Counted from the stretch's first letter, positions 19,464 through 29,553 are shown. The stretch is DNA of 64,000 nt from Candidatus Aenigmatarchaeota archaeon (GCA_018920255.1 JAHLMR010000001.1:1058-65057); one strand, 5' to 3'. Made by a program: numbers and translations. The notes: a model not told the origin generated them from the sequence alone.

Positions 19464-20015
19464 TTCACGTGAATATTTCGTGAATGTTCACGTGTAAGAC
19501 TTGATATTCACGTGAACATTAAAAAGTAAGACTTTTATACTATAACAAAAACTAACTTTTCATAAAATCTTCACGTGAAATTAATTTTAAAATTATAACA
19601 TTTAATTATCTTCACGTGAATATTCACATGAAGATAACATCATTATAAAAATATTCACGTGAACTTCACGTGAAGATAAAATGAACATCCAATTAAAATT
19701 ACAAATTATTGAATATTCTTTTTTAAAATCTCTCACAAATAACTATAAAAATAAATAACAAATTTTTAATTATTAATAGAATCTCTCACAAATTTAATTA
19801 AATCTAATTTTTATAATTTAATAATTATAAAATATTCTTTTTAAAATATATAACATAAAATATTTAATATTAAATATATTTTCATATTCATTATTTTTAA
19901 TTTCATAATAAAAATAATGAGAAAAATCTTTAAATAACTTATTTAACTAATAAAAATAAGTGTTTACAACACAAAAATGAATATTTTGTGAATATTCATA
20001 TGAAGTTCACGTGAA
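19464..20015. repeat. Array of the 10-bp perfect palindrome TTCACGTGAA flanking an AT-rich stretch; candidate ORB/mini-ORB elements
   Basis: Seven exact copies start at 19464, 19507, 19570, 19611, 19654, 19665 and 20006. One-mismatch copies start at 19487 (TTCACGTGTA) and 19623 (TTCACATGAA), and TTCATATGAA lies at 19996. They bracket a ~300-bp nearly pure A/T segment (19681-19985). Confidence 0.8.
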
Positions 20016-20020
20016 TAAAG

Positions 20021-21121
20021 GTGAAATGTTTGGAAGAAGAAAAATATTATAGAAAATTTAATTGGTCTGCAAATCCATTTGTTTTAAAAGTAGACCCAAA
20101 ATTATTTATAGGATATGAACAACAGGTTCGTGCACTTTGTAGACATATAGAAGATATGCATAAAATAGCACTTCTTACAGGTGCAACTGGTGCAGGAAAA
20201 ACAACAACATTAAAATGGTTAGAAATGAATTATCCAGAAGCAAAATATATTTCAAAGCCACCTTCAAATCCTGAAGACTTAGTTAATATTTTTTTAGAAT
20301 TCTTTCCACTTTCATTTTTTGAAAGATTATTTAAAAGAAAACCAACATTAAATTCTCTTCCTTCATATATTAATAAAAAAATGAAATCAAAGTTAATTTT
20401 ACTTATAGATGAAGCACATGAAGCTTCAAGAGATGTTTTTGAGTGGCTTAGAGTGTTAACAGATCAAATAGATAATATTTCTATTGTTTTAGCAGGTTTA
20501 CCAATTATTGAAGAAAAAATAAAGCACGAATTAGAATCATTAAATCAAAGAATAACAACAAGAGTAACGCTTACAGCATTAAGTCAAACAGAAACAGGAC
20601 TTTTAATTCAAAAAAGAATAGAATCTGTTGGAGGAAAAGGTACAGAGCCATTTACACAGGCGGCAATTCATGAAATTTATAAAAGAACAGGAGGATTCCC
20701 AAGAGAAGTTTTGAAGTTTTGTGATAGATTAATTTTAAGTGCATCAGAAAAACAATTAGATAAAATAGATGCAGGTGATGTTATAAATCATAAAGATGTT
20801 AATTTTCCATCAGAACAAAAAATATTAGAACCATCAGTAACATATGTTGATAGACCACTTCCGACACAAGATATAAATTCATTACCTTCAAAGCAAAGAA
20901 AAATATTAGAAATTCTTTCAAAGCAAGATTGGTTAAGTCCATCGGCTATAATTGAACAGCTTGATATGTCAAATTATAAAAGTAGAGGTCATGCAGTAAG
21001 GTCAATAAATAATATTCTTAAAAGATTAATGATTGATGGTTTTGTACAAAGAGAATCGCATGGGAAAGCATTTTTATATGCATTAACACCAAAAGTAAAG
21101 GTTATTTTAGCTAAACATTAA
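20021..21121 (+). CDS. Divergent Orc1/Cdc6-like AAA+ ATPase with C-terminal winged helix
   Basis: A GTG start is inferred from the ORF track. Walker A is LLTGATGAGKTT, Walker B is LILLIDEAHE, and sensor-like T/R residues follow. The C-terminal wH-like segment is KQRKILEILSKQDWLSPSAIIEQL. It lies immediately downstream of the palindrome array. Confidence 0.5.
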   Translation: MKCLEEEKYYRKFNWSANPFVLKVDPKLFIGYEQQVRALCRHIEDMHKIALLTGATGAGKTTTLKWLEMNYPEAKYISKPPSNPEDLVNIFLEFFPLSFFERLFKRKPTLNSLPSYINKKMKSKLILLIDEAHEASRDVFEWLRVLTDQIDNISIVLAGLPIIEEKIKHELESLNQRITTRVTLTALSQTETGLLIQKRIESVGGKGTEPFTQAAIHEIYKRTGGFPREVLKFCDRLILSASEKQLDKIDAGDVINHKDVNFPSEQKILEPSVTYVDRPLPTQDINSLPSKQRKILEILSKQDWLSPSAIIEQLDMSNYKSRGHAVRSINNILKRLMIDGFVQRESHGKAFLYALTPKVKVILAKH

Positions 21122-21169
21122 ATTTAAATATTTAATAATTTATTTTCTATAAAGAGAGAGGTGAGAAAA

Positions 21170-21433
21170 ATGCCAGCAGACAAAATAAGAGGAAAAGAAT
21201 TTTTAGGTAAAGTAATAGTTTCAAAAGATACAGGAAAAAGATTTGGAGTAGTTTCTGATATAGCATTTATAACTGAAAGTGGAGAATTAATGAATTTAAT
21301 AGTAACGGATCCAACAATATCTGCAGCAGAATTAGGTTTACAAGAGGATGAAAAAGGAAGGCTTTTAATTCCATTTTCAGCTGTAAGAAGTGCTGGAGAT
21401 TTTGTAATAATAGACGAAAAAGATATTATTTAA
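21170..21433 (+). CDS. PRC-barrel domain protein
   Basis: ATG at 21170 is preceded by an AGAGAGGTGAG RBS. The motif FLGKVIVSKDTGKRFGVVSDIAF is typical of PRC barrels. Confidence 0.6.
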   Translation: MPADKIRGKEFLGKVIVSKDTGKRFGVVSDIAFITESGELMNLIVTDPTISAAELGLQEDEKGRLLIPFSAVRSAGDFVIIDEKDII

Positions 21434-21451
21434 AAAATAAAGGAATTTTAT

Positions 21452-21598
21452 ATGAATATAAAATTATTGCTCTGTAAATTTGGTTTTCATAATTGGAGTA
21501 AAGTACAAAGTATACATAATTTTTCTTCAAATGTTATAGATTATAAAAAATTTTGTAGAAGATGTGGAATACAAAAAACATGGACAGAACCAATTTAA
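21452..21598 (+). CDS. Small Cys-containing protein (48 aa), hypothetical
   Basis: [18 protein letters not shown]...CRRCG. It is below the ORF-track size cutoff, and its 3' end overlaps the radA stop by 4 nt. Confidence 0.2.
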   Translation: MNIKLLLCKFGFHNWSKVQSIHNFSSNVIDYKKFCRRCGIQKTWTEPI

Positions 21599-22569
21599 TT
21601 TTCTTCCACATCTTCTATACCTCTTGAGGTAACTCTAAACACACATTCAGCTTCAGGTAAGTTTGGGCTATCAATTATTCTTGCGATTCTTGTATCACCT
21701 TTACTTTTTCTAACATATACTCTATACGTACTAAAATGCCCTAAAATATGTCCACCTATTGGTGCAGTTGGATCTCCAAATAAAATATCTGGTCTTGCCA
21801 TTACTTGATTTGTAATATAAACAGCAACATTATACACATCTGCAAGTCTTTGCAGAGAATGTAAATGTTTATTTAATTTTTGCTGTCTATTTGCAAGTTC
21901 GCCTCTTCCAGTGAATTCTGCTCTAAATAGTGCTGTTACAGAATCCACTACTATTAATTTTATATTTTTTTCTTTAACAATTTCTCCAGCTTTTTCTACA
22001 AGTAAACATTGATGATCAGAATTGTATGCTCTCGCAACATAAATATTTTTTAATACTTCATTGGGGTCTAAATTTAAAGCTTCAGCCATTTGCTTTATTC
22101 TTTCTGGTCTAAATGTACCTTCTGTATCAATAAATAAGCATGCACCTTCTAACCCACCCTTATCTTTTGGAAGCTGAACATTAACAGAAAGCTGATGTGC
22201 TATTTGTGATTTAGATGAACCAAATGCACCATGAAATTCTGTTATAGCGCCAGTTTCAATACCGCCGCCTAGAATTTCATTTAAACTTTTACTTCCTGTA
22301 GTAATTTTTCCAATTTTCTCTCTTTTTTCAAAAACTTTTAATGCTGTTTCATATCCCATTTCAAGAGCATCACGTGCAGCTATTATTATTTTTGCAGCTG
22401 TTTGTTCTCCTATTTCAGCTATTTCTGATAATTCCTTTGGTGATGCGGCTGCAATTGACATAAGATCAGTATATCCAGCATCCATTAGCTTTTCAGCAGT
22501 TTTTTCCCCAACACCAGGAAGATCTGAAATAGATTTAATTTTTTCCTTTTCTTTTCCCATTTTTCTCAC
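21595..22569 (-). CDS. radA: RadA recombinase
   Basis: N-terminal HhH ([18 protein letters not shown]) and a RecA core with Walker A ([12 protein letters not shown]) and Walker B ([12 protein letters not shown]). It overlaps the upstream rpa gene by 4 nt. Confidence 0.9.
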   Translation of the reverse strand: MRKMGKEKEKIKSISDLPGVGEKTAEKLMDAGYTDLMSIAAASPKELSEIAEIGEQTAAKIIIAARDALEMGYETALKVFEKREKIGKITTGSKSLNEILGGGIETGAITEFHGAFGSSKSQIAHQLSVNVQLPKDKGGLEGACLFIDTEGTFRPERIKQMAEALNLDPNEVLKNIYVARAYNSDHQCLLVEKAGEIVKEKNIKLIVVDSVTALFRAEFTGRGELANRQQKLNKHLHSLQRLADVYNVAVYITNQVMARPDILFGDPTAPIGGHILGHFSTYRVYVRKSKGDTRIARIIDSPNLPEAECVFRVTSRGIEDVEEN

Positions 22570-23546
22570 CCTTTAATTATATTATTTAATAATTCCTCTA
22601 TTTCCTTTTGAACATTAACTTCTTCAACATTTGTTACAATAAATTCCATTCTATCATAAAACTTATTTTTTCTTACCCTACCTTGAATAATAAATTCTTT
22701 TCCAAGAATATTTTTCACTATTTTTAAAATACCTTCTGCACCTTTTATATAAGCATCTTCTACGCTATTTAAATTAATAATTTTAAGTGCAGGTTTTGTA
22801 AAGAAAATAGCTCTCATATTATCAGTTCCATCATCTATAACTCCAGATATAAAAATTGATTTTTCAGGAATAACTTCTCCATGAATTTTACAAATATATT
22901 TTTCATTAGATACCCTAACTCTACTTCTACAGTTTGGACACGCATAATAAAAAGGTTCTATTTCAAACATTTGAACAAGCGCAGCCCTAACTTTTACAAG
23001 CTCATTTTCCTTTATTTGACATAATTTAATTTTTGGTACTTCTAACTTAATTTCAGGAATTTCTTCATCAGTGTGTTCTATTATTGTGTTTTTTGTTATT
23101 CTTATTTCAACCCTTCCTTTTCCATCATCTTTTGTAAATGCTTTTTCTATTTTTATTTTGTCGCCAACTTTAATTCCATTTAAAATCTCTATTTGATCAT
23201 TCCATGCAACAAGCCTTATTTTTCCAGTTTTATCTCCTAAAATCATATATTGCACTTTACCAACCTTACCATTTTTATTATATTCTTTAGGTTCGCTTAT
23301 AGATAAAACTCTTGCAACTAAATTTAAGTTATTTATTCCAGAAATAATATTTTTAATTTCTATTTTTGATTTTGGTTGTTCTTTTATATTAAGCCCCAAT
23401 TCATTTGCAACAATATATGCAGCACCTTCCCTGGTAACCATAAAAGAAAGTTTCTCTTGTGTTTCAGAAATTTTTTTATCAATTTCTTCTTCAGAAAGTC
23501 CAGTTTTTTCTTTAATATTTTGTATAATTTCATCTATTTTTGACAT
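22566..23546 (-). CDS. rpa: Replication protein A-like ssDNA-binding protein (OB folds plus zinc ribbon)
   Basis: OB-fold segments and a CPNCRSRV...CKIHG zinc motif. Operon partner of radA. Confidence 0.7.
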   Translation of the reverse strand: MSKIDEIIQNIKEKTGLSEEEIDKKISETQEKLSFMVTREGAAYIVANELGLNIKEQPKSKIEIKNIISGINNLNLVARVLSISEPKEYNKNGKVGKVQYMILGDKTGKIRLVAWNDQIEILNGIKVGDKIKIEKAFTKDDGKGRVEIRITKNTIIEHTDEEIPEIKLEVPKIKLCQIKENELVKVRAALVQMFEIEPFYYACPNCRSRVRVSNEKYICKIHGEVIPEKSIFISGVIDDGTDNMRAIFFTKPALKIINLNSVEDAYIKGAEGILKIVKNILGKEFIIQGRVRKNKFYDRMEFIVTNVEEVNVQKEIEELLNNIIKG

Positions 23547-23600
23547 AAAATTTATTATAATATTAAACTTTATATTATTTGCTTATGACATTAGTTGTAA

Positions 23601-23807
23601 CTATTCTAGAATTTTTTTTCTAACATTAATAATATCTTCTTTTTTTACTATTTTTCTATTATTTTTAAGAGCGTTTGCATATGCTTCGCAAGATATATCA
23701 AAAATAATCTTTTCAAGCAATTCTGCAAATTTTAAGGTAGCACTATTACTTACACGCATACCTGTCTTTGAAAGTATTTTTTTTGAAATATTTGTACTAA
23801 TTATCAT
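23601..23807 (-). CDS. Archaeal histone (HMf-like histone fold)
   Basis: 68-aa protein whose pattern ISKKILSKTGMRVSNSATLKFAELLEKIIFDISCEAYANALKNNRKIVKKEDI aligns with the HMfB histone fold. Confidence 0.7.
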   Translation of the reverse strand: MIISTNISKKILSKTGMRVSNSATLKFAELLEKIIFDISCEAYANALKNNRKIVKKEDIINVRKKILE

Positions 23808-24069
23808 AATTAATTCTTTAAACCTTATTAAATATAAAACTTTGTGAAAAAATACTTTTGTTATACTTTAAAAAATATATTTTTTAAAAAATATTACAAA
23901 AAAAATTTATTTTATAAAAACTATTATAAAATATTTTTTTTATTATATATATTATTAAAGATATGTTTTTTTAAGTTATTCGTGAGACATATACTTTAAA
24001 ATATATTTTATAGAATATATAAATATGCTTAAATATAGGTTATTACAAAATTTTTATAGGTGAAATAGC

Positions 24070-24411
24070 GTGAAAGAAGAAGAAAAAGCAAAAAAAATTT
24101 TAGAATCAATTTTTTTACATCCAAAACCTGTTAAAATGTTAATTGTAATGAGAAATAATAATTTAAAATATGCAACTCAAATTATGAAGGCCGTGGATTG
24201 TACATATTCTCATACTGTTAAAACATTAGAACTTTTTAGAAAATTTGGGTTAGTAGAATTTAATAAAAAAGGTAGAATAAAATATCTTAAACTAACTTCA
24301 GATGGAGAAGAATTAGCACTAAGTTTTGAAGGTATTGTTAATAAATTAGGAAAAATTTCAAACAATTTTAAAGAGATTCAAGTAAAAGAACAAAGGGCAG
24401 CAAAAAAGTAA
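24070..24411 (+). CDS. Winged-helix transcriptional regulator (hypothetical)
   Basis: GTG start. HTH-like segment LKYATQIMKAVDCTYSHTVKTLELFRKFGLVEF. Confidence 0.45.
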   Translation: MKEEEKAKKILESIFLHPKPVKMLIVMRNNNLKYATQIMKAVDCTYSHTVKTLELFRKFGLVEFNKKGRIKYLKLTSDGEELALSFEGIVNKLGKISNNFKEIQVKEQRAAKK

Positions 24412-24565
24412 GGACACTTAATATTAATCTTTAACTTCTTAAAAAATTGTTTATCATATAATGAAGATCATTTTCAGAGAGAAGTAAATACTGTACATAT
24501 CTGTAAAATTAAGTTTTTGCATAAATTTAAATATGGACACTTAATAATTATCTTATAGGATAAGT

Positions 24566-24904
24566 ATGAAAGAACTTATAACTTGGCTTTATGGAAAAAG
24601 TTCAAAGAATGCTCATATTAGACAAATGGCAGAAAAATTAATTTTATTACTTCATCAAAATGGTTCCATGGAATATAAAATGCTCTGTTCTGAGTTAGGT
24701 ATAGGTTTTGATAAATATAAAAAGCCAAAGAGAACATTTTATTTTGTTGTAAATCCATTAAAAAAAATACAATTAGTAAAAGAAAAAAGAGTTTATACAG
24801 AAGCTGACAGAAAAAGTTATCAAACAATTTATTTTCTTGATCCAAAAGCATTTCAAGGATACATGACAAGAATAATAGAAGAAATTTTAGAAGAATTATC
24901 TTAA
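24566..24904 (+). CDS. Hypothetical protein
   Basis: 112-aa ORF flanked by long AT-rich intergenic regions. No recognisable motifs. Confidence 0.3.
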   Translation: MKELITWLYGKSSKNAHIRQMAEKLILLLHQNGSMEYKMLCSELGIGFDKYKKPKRTFYFVVNPLKKIQLVKEKRVYTEADRKSYQTIYFLDPKAFQGYMTRIIEEILEELS

Positions 24905-25121
24905 TATATTTTATTGTAAAAATTATATTTTATAAAAAATTTTTTTAAAAATATTTTTAATTTAAAATATTATAATAAATATATTATAGAAAGAATAAAA
25001 AATTTTATATATATTAAAATTATTATATTTTATTATATTTTCTACAAAATATATTTTATAGAATATTTAAATAAAATTAACTTACAAAAAAATGTGAGAG
25101 TTCATAGGGCGCGTGAAGATT

Positions 25122-27023
25122 TTAAGACAATTTTTTAATATTAACAGCAACAATCTTTAAATTTGGAGTAAAACTTTCTTCATCAAATTGTAAAGGAAAC
25201 AACTTATTTATTAATAGTTTTTCAGAATGAAAATTTGCACCAATAAACCCTTTAGAAATTTTTTTATCAACTTTTATTTTTCCGCTAACAAACCCAACTT
25301 TACTAATAACTCTTATTTTATCATTATTTTTTAACTTTAATTTTTTAGCATCTTCTGGATTAATATGAAAAAAAGGACCATCATACATTTTATTTAATAT
25401 TTTTGATTTAGAAGTTGCTTCGCCTGTTAAAAATTGAAACTTTGATCTAAAACTAAATAAAATGAAAGGATATTTTTTATTCGAAACCTCTTCTATACCT
25501 TCAAAATCTTCTGGTATAAGTTTTTCATATTTTTTCTTTTTATTTGCATAACATTCTTTTCCATTATAAACTTCATTAGCATTTATATTCATATAATCTG
25601 GAATAATATTACAAATTTCGCTGAATATTTCCTTTTCATTCTTATAATTAAATTTTTCTGAACCAAATAGTTTAGCAAGATTACAATAAATTTTCCATTC
25701 TGGCCAAGATTTTCCTAAAGGTTCTCTAACCTTTCTAACTAATCTTACAAGTCTTTCACCATTTGTTATAGTTCCATTACGTTCTATAAGCAATGGGGTT
25801 GGTAAAATTATTTTTGCAAATCTAGATGTTAAATTAAAATAACTATCCATTTGAACTAAAAAAATTTTCTTAAGGTTTTTATGTACTTTATTTAAATCAG
25901 GTAAAGATTGAGCAGGATTAAAACCAGAAATTAAAGCAGTTTTTATTTCTCCAAAACATAAAGCTTCAATTAAATTTAATCCTCTTTCATTGCTTATCTT
26001 ACATTTCCATTTTTTGCATAAATCCGGAATACTAAAACTTTGGATAGATGGGCTCACTAACATATCTCCTACGCCCTGTACATTAATTTCACCTCTAGAA
26101 GTAAAAATTTTTCCATTTTTTATTATACAAAGATTATTTATTGTATGTACATTTTCAATTCCATTTACATGTTGTGTAACACCCATACCATGCATTATAC
26201 CAAAATTTTTAGATTCTCCAATAATTTTTGCTGCTTCTTCAATTTTTTCTTTTTTAATTTTGCATATTTCAGAAGTAGTTTTAATATCATATTTTCTTGT
26301 AATCTCTTTTAAAGCTTCTATATTTATATCCTTTCTTATTTTTCCACTATCAATTAAAATATTCATTAAACAGTTAAGAATTACAATTTCAGTTCCAGGG
26401 AATATTGATAAATGTATATCAGAATATTCGGCTGTTTCAGAAAATAATGGTGCTATAGTTATTATTTTTCCTCCTTTTTTTTTCATTTCTAAAATTCTAT
26501 TAAAAATAACAGGATAATTAGATGCAGGATTTGAACCAATTATTAATAAAACATCAGAATTTACTATTTCATTTATAAAATTGGGTATAGCAGATATACC
26601 AAAATTATCTTTTAATGCCATTGTTGTTGGTGCATGACAAAGTCTTGTGCAACAAGAATCAATATTATTTGTTTGAAGTACAACTCTTCCAAATTTTTGA
26701 ATAATATAATTATCTTCATTTGTTATTTTTCCAGAACCAGATAAAAATATTTCATTAGATGAAAGATTTTTTATATTGTTATAAATAAGTTTTAATGCAT
26801 TTTCCCAAGTAACTTTTTTAACTTTTCCATTTTTGTTTAAAATTGGTTCTTTTATTCTACCCTCGTCGACAACTTCATTTATAGTTAAACCCTTTATACA
26901 AGGTTTACCTTTGCTTACAATATCATTATTATCTGGAGAAACTTTTATAATCTTATTTTTTTCCACAAAATATTTTAATCTACAACCAACTCCACAATAA
27001 ATACAAATACTATTAATTTCCAT
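25122..27023 (-). CDS. Molybdopterin oxidoreductase, formate dehydrogenase alpha-like
   Basis: N-terminal 4Fe-4S motif CIYCGVGCRL...KPCIKG, a molybdopterin-binding middle region, and a C-terminal MoCo dinucleotide-binding beta-barrel (DKIRVISKVGFVSGKIKVD). No partner subunit genes are adjacent. Confidence 0.65.
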   Translation of the reverse strand: MEINSICIYCGVGCRLKYFVEKNKIIKVSPDNNDIVSKGKPCIKGLTINEVVDEGRIKEPILNKNGKVKKVTWENALKLIYNNIKNLSSNEIFLSGSGKITNEDNYIIQKFGRVVLQTNNIDSCCTRLCHAPTTMALKDNFGISAIPNFINEIVNSDVLLIIGSNPASNYPVIFNRILEMKKKGGKIITIAPLFSETAEYSDIHLSIFPGTEIVILNCLMNILIDSGKIRKDINIEALKEITRKYDIKTTSEICKIKKEKIEEAAKIIGESKNFGIMHGMGVTQHVNGIENVHTINNLCIIKNGKIFTSRGEINVQGVGDMLVSPSIQSFSIPDLCKKWKCKISNERGLNLIEALCFGEIKTALISGFNPAQSLPDLNKVHKNLKKIFLVQMDSYFNLTSRFAKIILPTPLLIERNGTITNGERLVRLVRKVREPLGKSWPEWKIYCNLAKLFGSEKFNYKNEKEIFSEICNIIPDYMNINANEVYNGKECYANKKKKYEKLIPEDFEGIEEVSNKKYPFILFSFRSKFQFLTGEATSKSKILNKMYDGPFFHINPEDAKKLKLKNNDKIRVISKVGFVSGKIKVDKKISKGFIGANFHSEKLLINKLFPLQFDEESFTPNLKIVAVNIKKLS

Positions 27024-27031
27024 AAACTCCC

Positions 27032-27832
27032 CTATTTATGATAAATATCTTTTATTCTTTCTATTGCCTTTAATACGTCGCACATTTCAATTTTTTCAGA
27101 ATTTCTATTTTCTGCATTTTCAGCAGAATTTTTTAATAAGAAAAGCCCAACTCTTAAATCACCTATTTCATATGTTTTTCTTACAATTTCTTCAAATGCT
27201 TCATATTCAAAACTATTTGGTTTAAATGCCATAAATTCTCTTTCTCTTAAAATACCTCTAATTTCTTCAAAATTATATTTTTTAAATTCTATTCTTTCTA
27301 GAAGTAATCTTGATAAAAGTCTTTCATCTAATCTGATAATATTTTCAGATGTATTTGTTATTAAAATTATTGATTTATATTTTATATCTTCAAGTATTCT
27401 ATAAATAAAATTCCAATCATGAAGTCTATCAACTTCATCAAAAGCAAAAACAACACCTTCATAAGTATTTAATTTTTTTATGATAATATCTATAAGTTCC
27501 TCAGGATATCTTTCATTCGTTCTTATACCAATTTGTTCAGCAACATAATAGATTATTTTATTATTTGTATCATGTTTCCAACAATTTATATAAATAGTTA
27601 GATAATTCCCAACATTTTCTTCAATCATTTTTCTGAAAATAAATTTTACGCATGCAGTTTTTCCTATTCCAGGACTTCCTGTTATAAGTATATTTCTTCC
27701 ATTTCTTTTCAATAAAAGAGGTTTAATACATTCTGCAATATATTTATGTTCTTCTTCTCTGTATGGAAGTAGTCTTGGAAGGAAACTTGATTCCAAAACC
27801 CCAGGATTTATTAAAAGGTTCATTAATATCAC
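27032..27832 (-). CDS. Orc1/Cdc6-type AAA+ domain protein lacking the C-terminal winged helix
   Basis: Classic N-terminus FLPRLLPYREEEHKYIAECIKPLL, Walker A ILITGSPGIGKTA and Walker B VVFAFDEVD are present. The protein ends at 266 aa with no wH domain. Confidence 0.65.
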   Translation of the reverse strand: MILMNLLINPGVLESSFLPRLLPYREEEHKYIAECIKPLLLKRNGRNILITGSPGIGKTACVKFIFRKMIEENVGNYLTIYINCWKHDTNNKIIYYVAEQIGIRTNERYPEELIDIIIKKLNTYEGVVFAFDEVDRLHDWNFIYRILEDIKYKSIILITNTSENIIRLDERLLSRLLLERIEFKKYNFEEIRGILREREFMAFKPNSFEYEAFEEIVRKTYEIGDLRVGLFLLKNSAENAENRNSEKIEMCDVLKAIERIKDIYHK

Positions 27833-27922
27833 ATTTTATTCTAAAACAGGAATATTTTTATAGATTGTCTTTAACCTTTATATTTATAATTTAAAAACTA
27901 AAAATTAATAAAAGTGATGTAA

Positions 27923-29401
27923 ATGACAGTAATAGAAGAAGTTGAATCAATGGCAAAAAGACGAGGGTTTTTTTGGCCAGCAGCACAAATATATAATCCA
28001 GTTTCTGGTTTTTGGAATTATGGGCCGCTAGGAACAAAACTATTTAACTCTTTAATCTCATTATGGAAAAAATATTGGATTAAAGATGAAGATGCATATG
28101 AAATAAATACAACAAATGTTTTACCTGAAATAGTTTGGATAGCTTCTGGCCATACAGAAGGTTTTAATGACAAACAAACTTTATGTGAAAAGTGTAAAAT
28201 GAGATGGAGAGCAGATCATTTAATAGAAGAAAAAATAAAAAATCATCAAAAACTTGAAGGTAAATCTACAGATGAGTTAACAAAAATTATAAGGGAAAAT
28301 AATATTATTTGTCCAAATTGCGGAGGAAAACTTTCAGATGTTTTTGTTTTTAACTTAATGTATGATATTAAAGTTAGTCCAACAGGAGATATAAAATGTT
28401 ATTTAAGACCAGAAACAACTCAATCATCAGTAATAGATTTTCAGTATGTATATAAATCACAAAGAGCAAAACTTCCGGTTAAAATAGCGCAAATTGGAAA
28501 AAGTTTTAGAAATGAGATTTCACCAAGACAGTGCCTAATTAGATTAAGAGAATTTTGGATGGCAGAATTTCAAATATTTTTTAATCCAGAAAATACAGAA
28601 ATAGAAAATTATGAAAAAATAAAAAATAAAAAAATAAATATTCTTCCAGCAGAGTTTAGAAAAGAAGGTAAAGAAAAAGAAGTTGAAATAGAAATAGATG
28701 AAGCATTAAGAAAAGGTTGGATACCAAACAAACTTATAGCGTATTATCTTGTAAAGGTAAATGATTTCTTTTTAGATTTAGGATTTGATAAAAAAAGAAT
28801 AAGGTTTAAAGAATTATTAGATGAAGAAAAAGCCCATTATTCTAAAAAACATTGGGATTTTGAAGTTTATAGCGAAGATTTTGGTTGGATTGAATGTGTA
28901 AATAATGCATGGAGAACAGATTATGATTTATCAAGGCATGAAAAATTTTCAAAACAAAAGCTTTCAGTTTTTGAAGATAATAAGCACATTCTTCCACATC
29001 TCTATGAGCCCTCTTTCGGTATAGATAGAATAATTTTAAATCTACTATTAAATAATTGGCATAATGATGGAAAAAGATGCTGGTTATCTCTTAAACCAAA
29101 ACTAGCTCCATATATAGCAGCAGTTTTTCCGCTTGTTAAAAAAGATGGATTAGATACATTTGCAAGAAAAATTTATGAAAATCTTAAGAAAAAATATGAT
29201 GTAATTTATGATGAATCAGATTCAATAGGAAGAAGATATGCAAGAGTTGATGAAATAGGTGTTCCAATTGCAATAACTATAGATTATGATTCATTAAAAA
29301 ATAATACAGTTACTATAAGAGATAGAGATACTACAAAACAAGAAAGAATAAAAATTTCTGATATAGAAACTTATATTGAAAAAATTTTAGAAAAAAATTA
29401 A
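27923..29401 (+). CDS. glyS: Glycyl-tRNA synthetase (archaeal/eukaryotic alpha2 type)
   Basis: N-terminus RRGFFWPAAQIYNPVSGFWNYGPLGT, class II motifs and a C-terminal anticodon-binding domain. Confidence 0.9.
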   Translation: MTVIEEVESMAKRRGFFWPAAQIYNPVSGFWNYGPLGTKLFNSLISLWKKYWIKDEDAYEINTTNVLPEIVWIASGHTEGFNDKQTLCEKCKMRWRADHLIEEKIKNHQKLEGKSTDELTKIIRENNIICPNCGGKLSDVFVFNLMYDIKVSPTGDIKCYLRPETTQSSVIDFQYVYKSQRAKLPVKIAQIGKSFRNEISPRQCLIRLREFWMAEFQIFFNPENTEIENYEKIKNKKINILPAEFRKEGKEKEVEIEIDEALRKGWIPNKLIAYYLVKVNDFFLDLGFDKKRIRFKELLDEEKAHYSKKHWDFEVYSEDFGWIECVNNAWRTDYDLSRHEKFSKQKLSVFEDNKHILPHLYEPSFGIDRIILNLLLNNWHNDGKRCWLSLKPKLAPYIAAVFPLVKKDGLDTFARKIYENLKKKYDVIYDESDSIGRRYARVDEIGVPIAITIDYDSLKNNTVTIRDRDTTKQERIKISDIETYIEKILEKN

Positions 29402-29420
29402 AAGGGGATAAACCCCCAAA

Positions 29421-29553
29421 ATTATCTAAATCTCATTCTAATTTTTCTTCTACAACTGCTACAAATATGTTGTGTTGCCCCATCAAATCTAACTTTTACT
29501 AATCTCCCAACTGACTTTACAGATTCACCACATATATCACATACAGTTTGCAT
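29421..29553 (-). CDS. Mini zinc-ribbon protein (~43 aa), translationally coupled to the upstream CBS gene
   Basis: Read on the minus strand as MQTVCDICGESVKSVGRLVKVRFDGATQHICSSCRRK... Its ATG (CAT 29551-29553) overlaps the TAA stop of the CBS ORF (TAATG). The 3' boundary is approximate to within 1-2 nt. Confidence 0.3.

Noticed and set aside
19464-19674. CACGTG cores read as eukaryotic-type E-box (bHLH) sites or as a CRISPR-like repeat array
   Set aside because: The units are only 10 bp, are irregularly spaced (11-63 bp) with non-unique spacers, and no cas genes are nearby, so this is not CRISPR. bHLH factors are not archaeal. An ORB or operator interpretation fits better.
23808-24069. Long pure-AT intergenic regions (23808-24069, 24905-25121, 49663-49843) considered as additional origins or mobile-element scars
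   Set aside because: They contain no ORB-like palindromes, repeats or integrase genes. They are most simply promoter or UTR regions typical of this very AT-rich genome.
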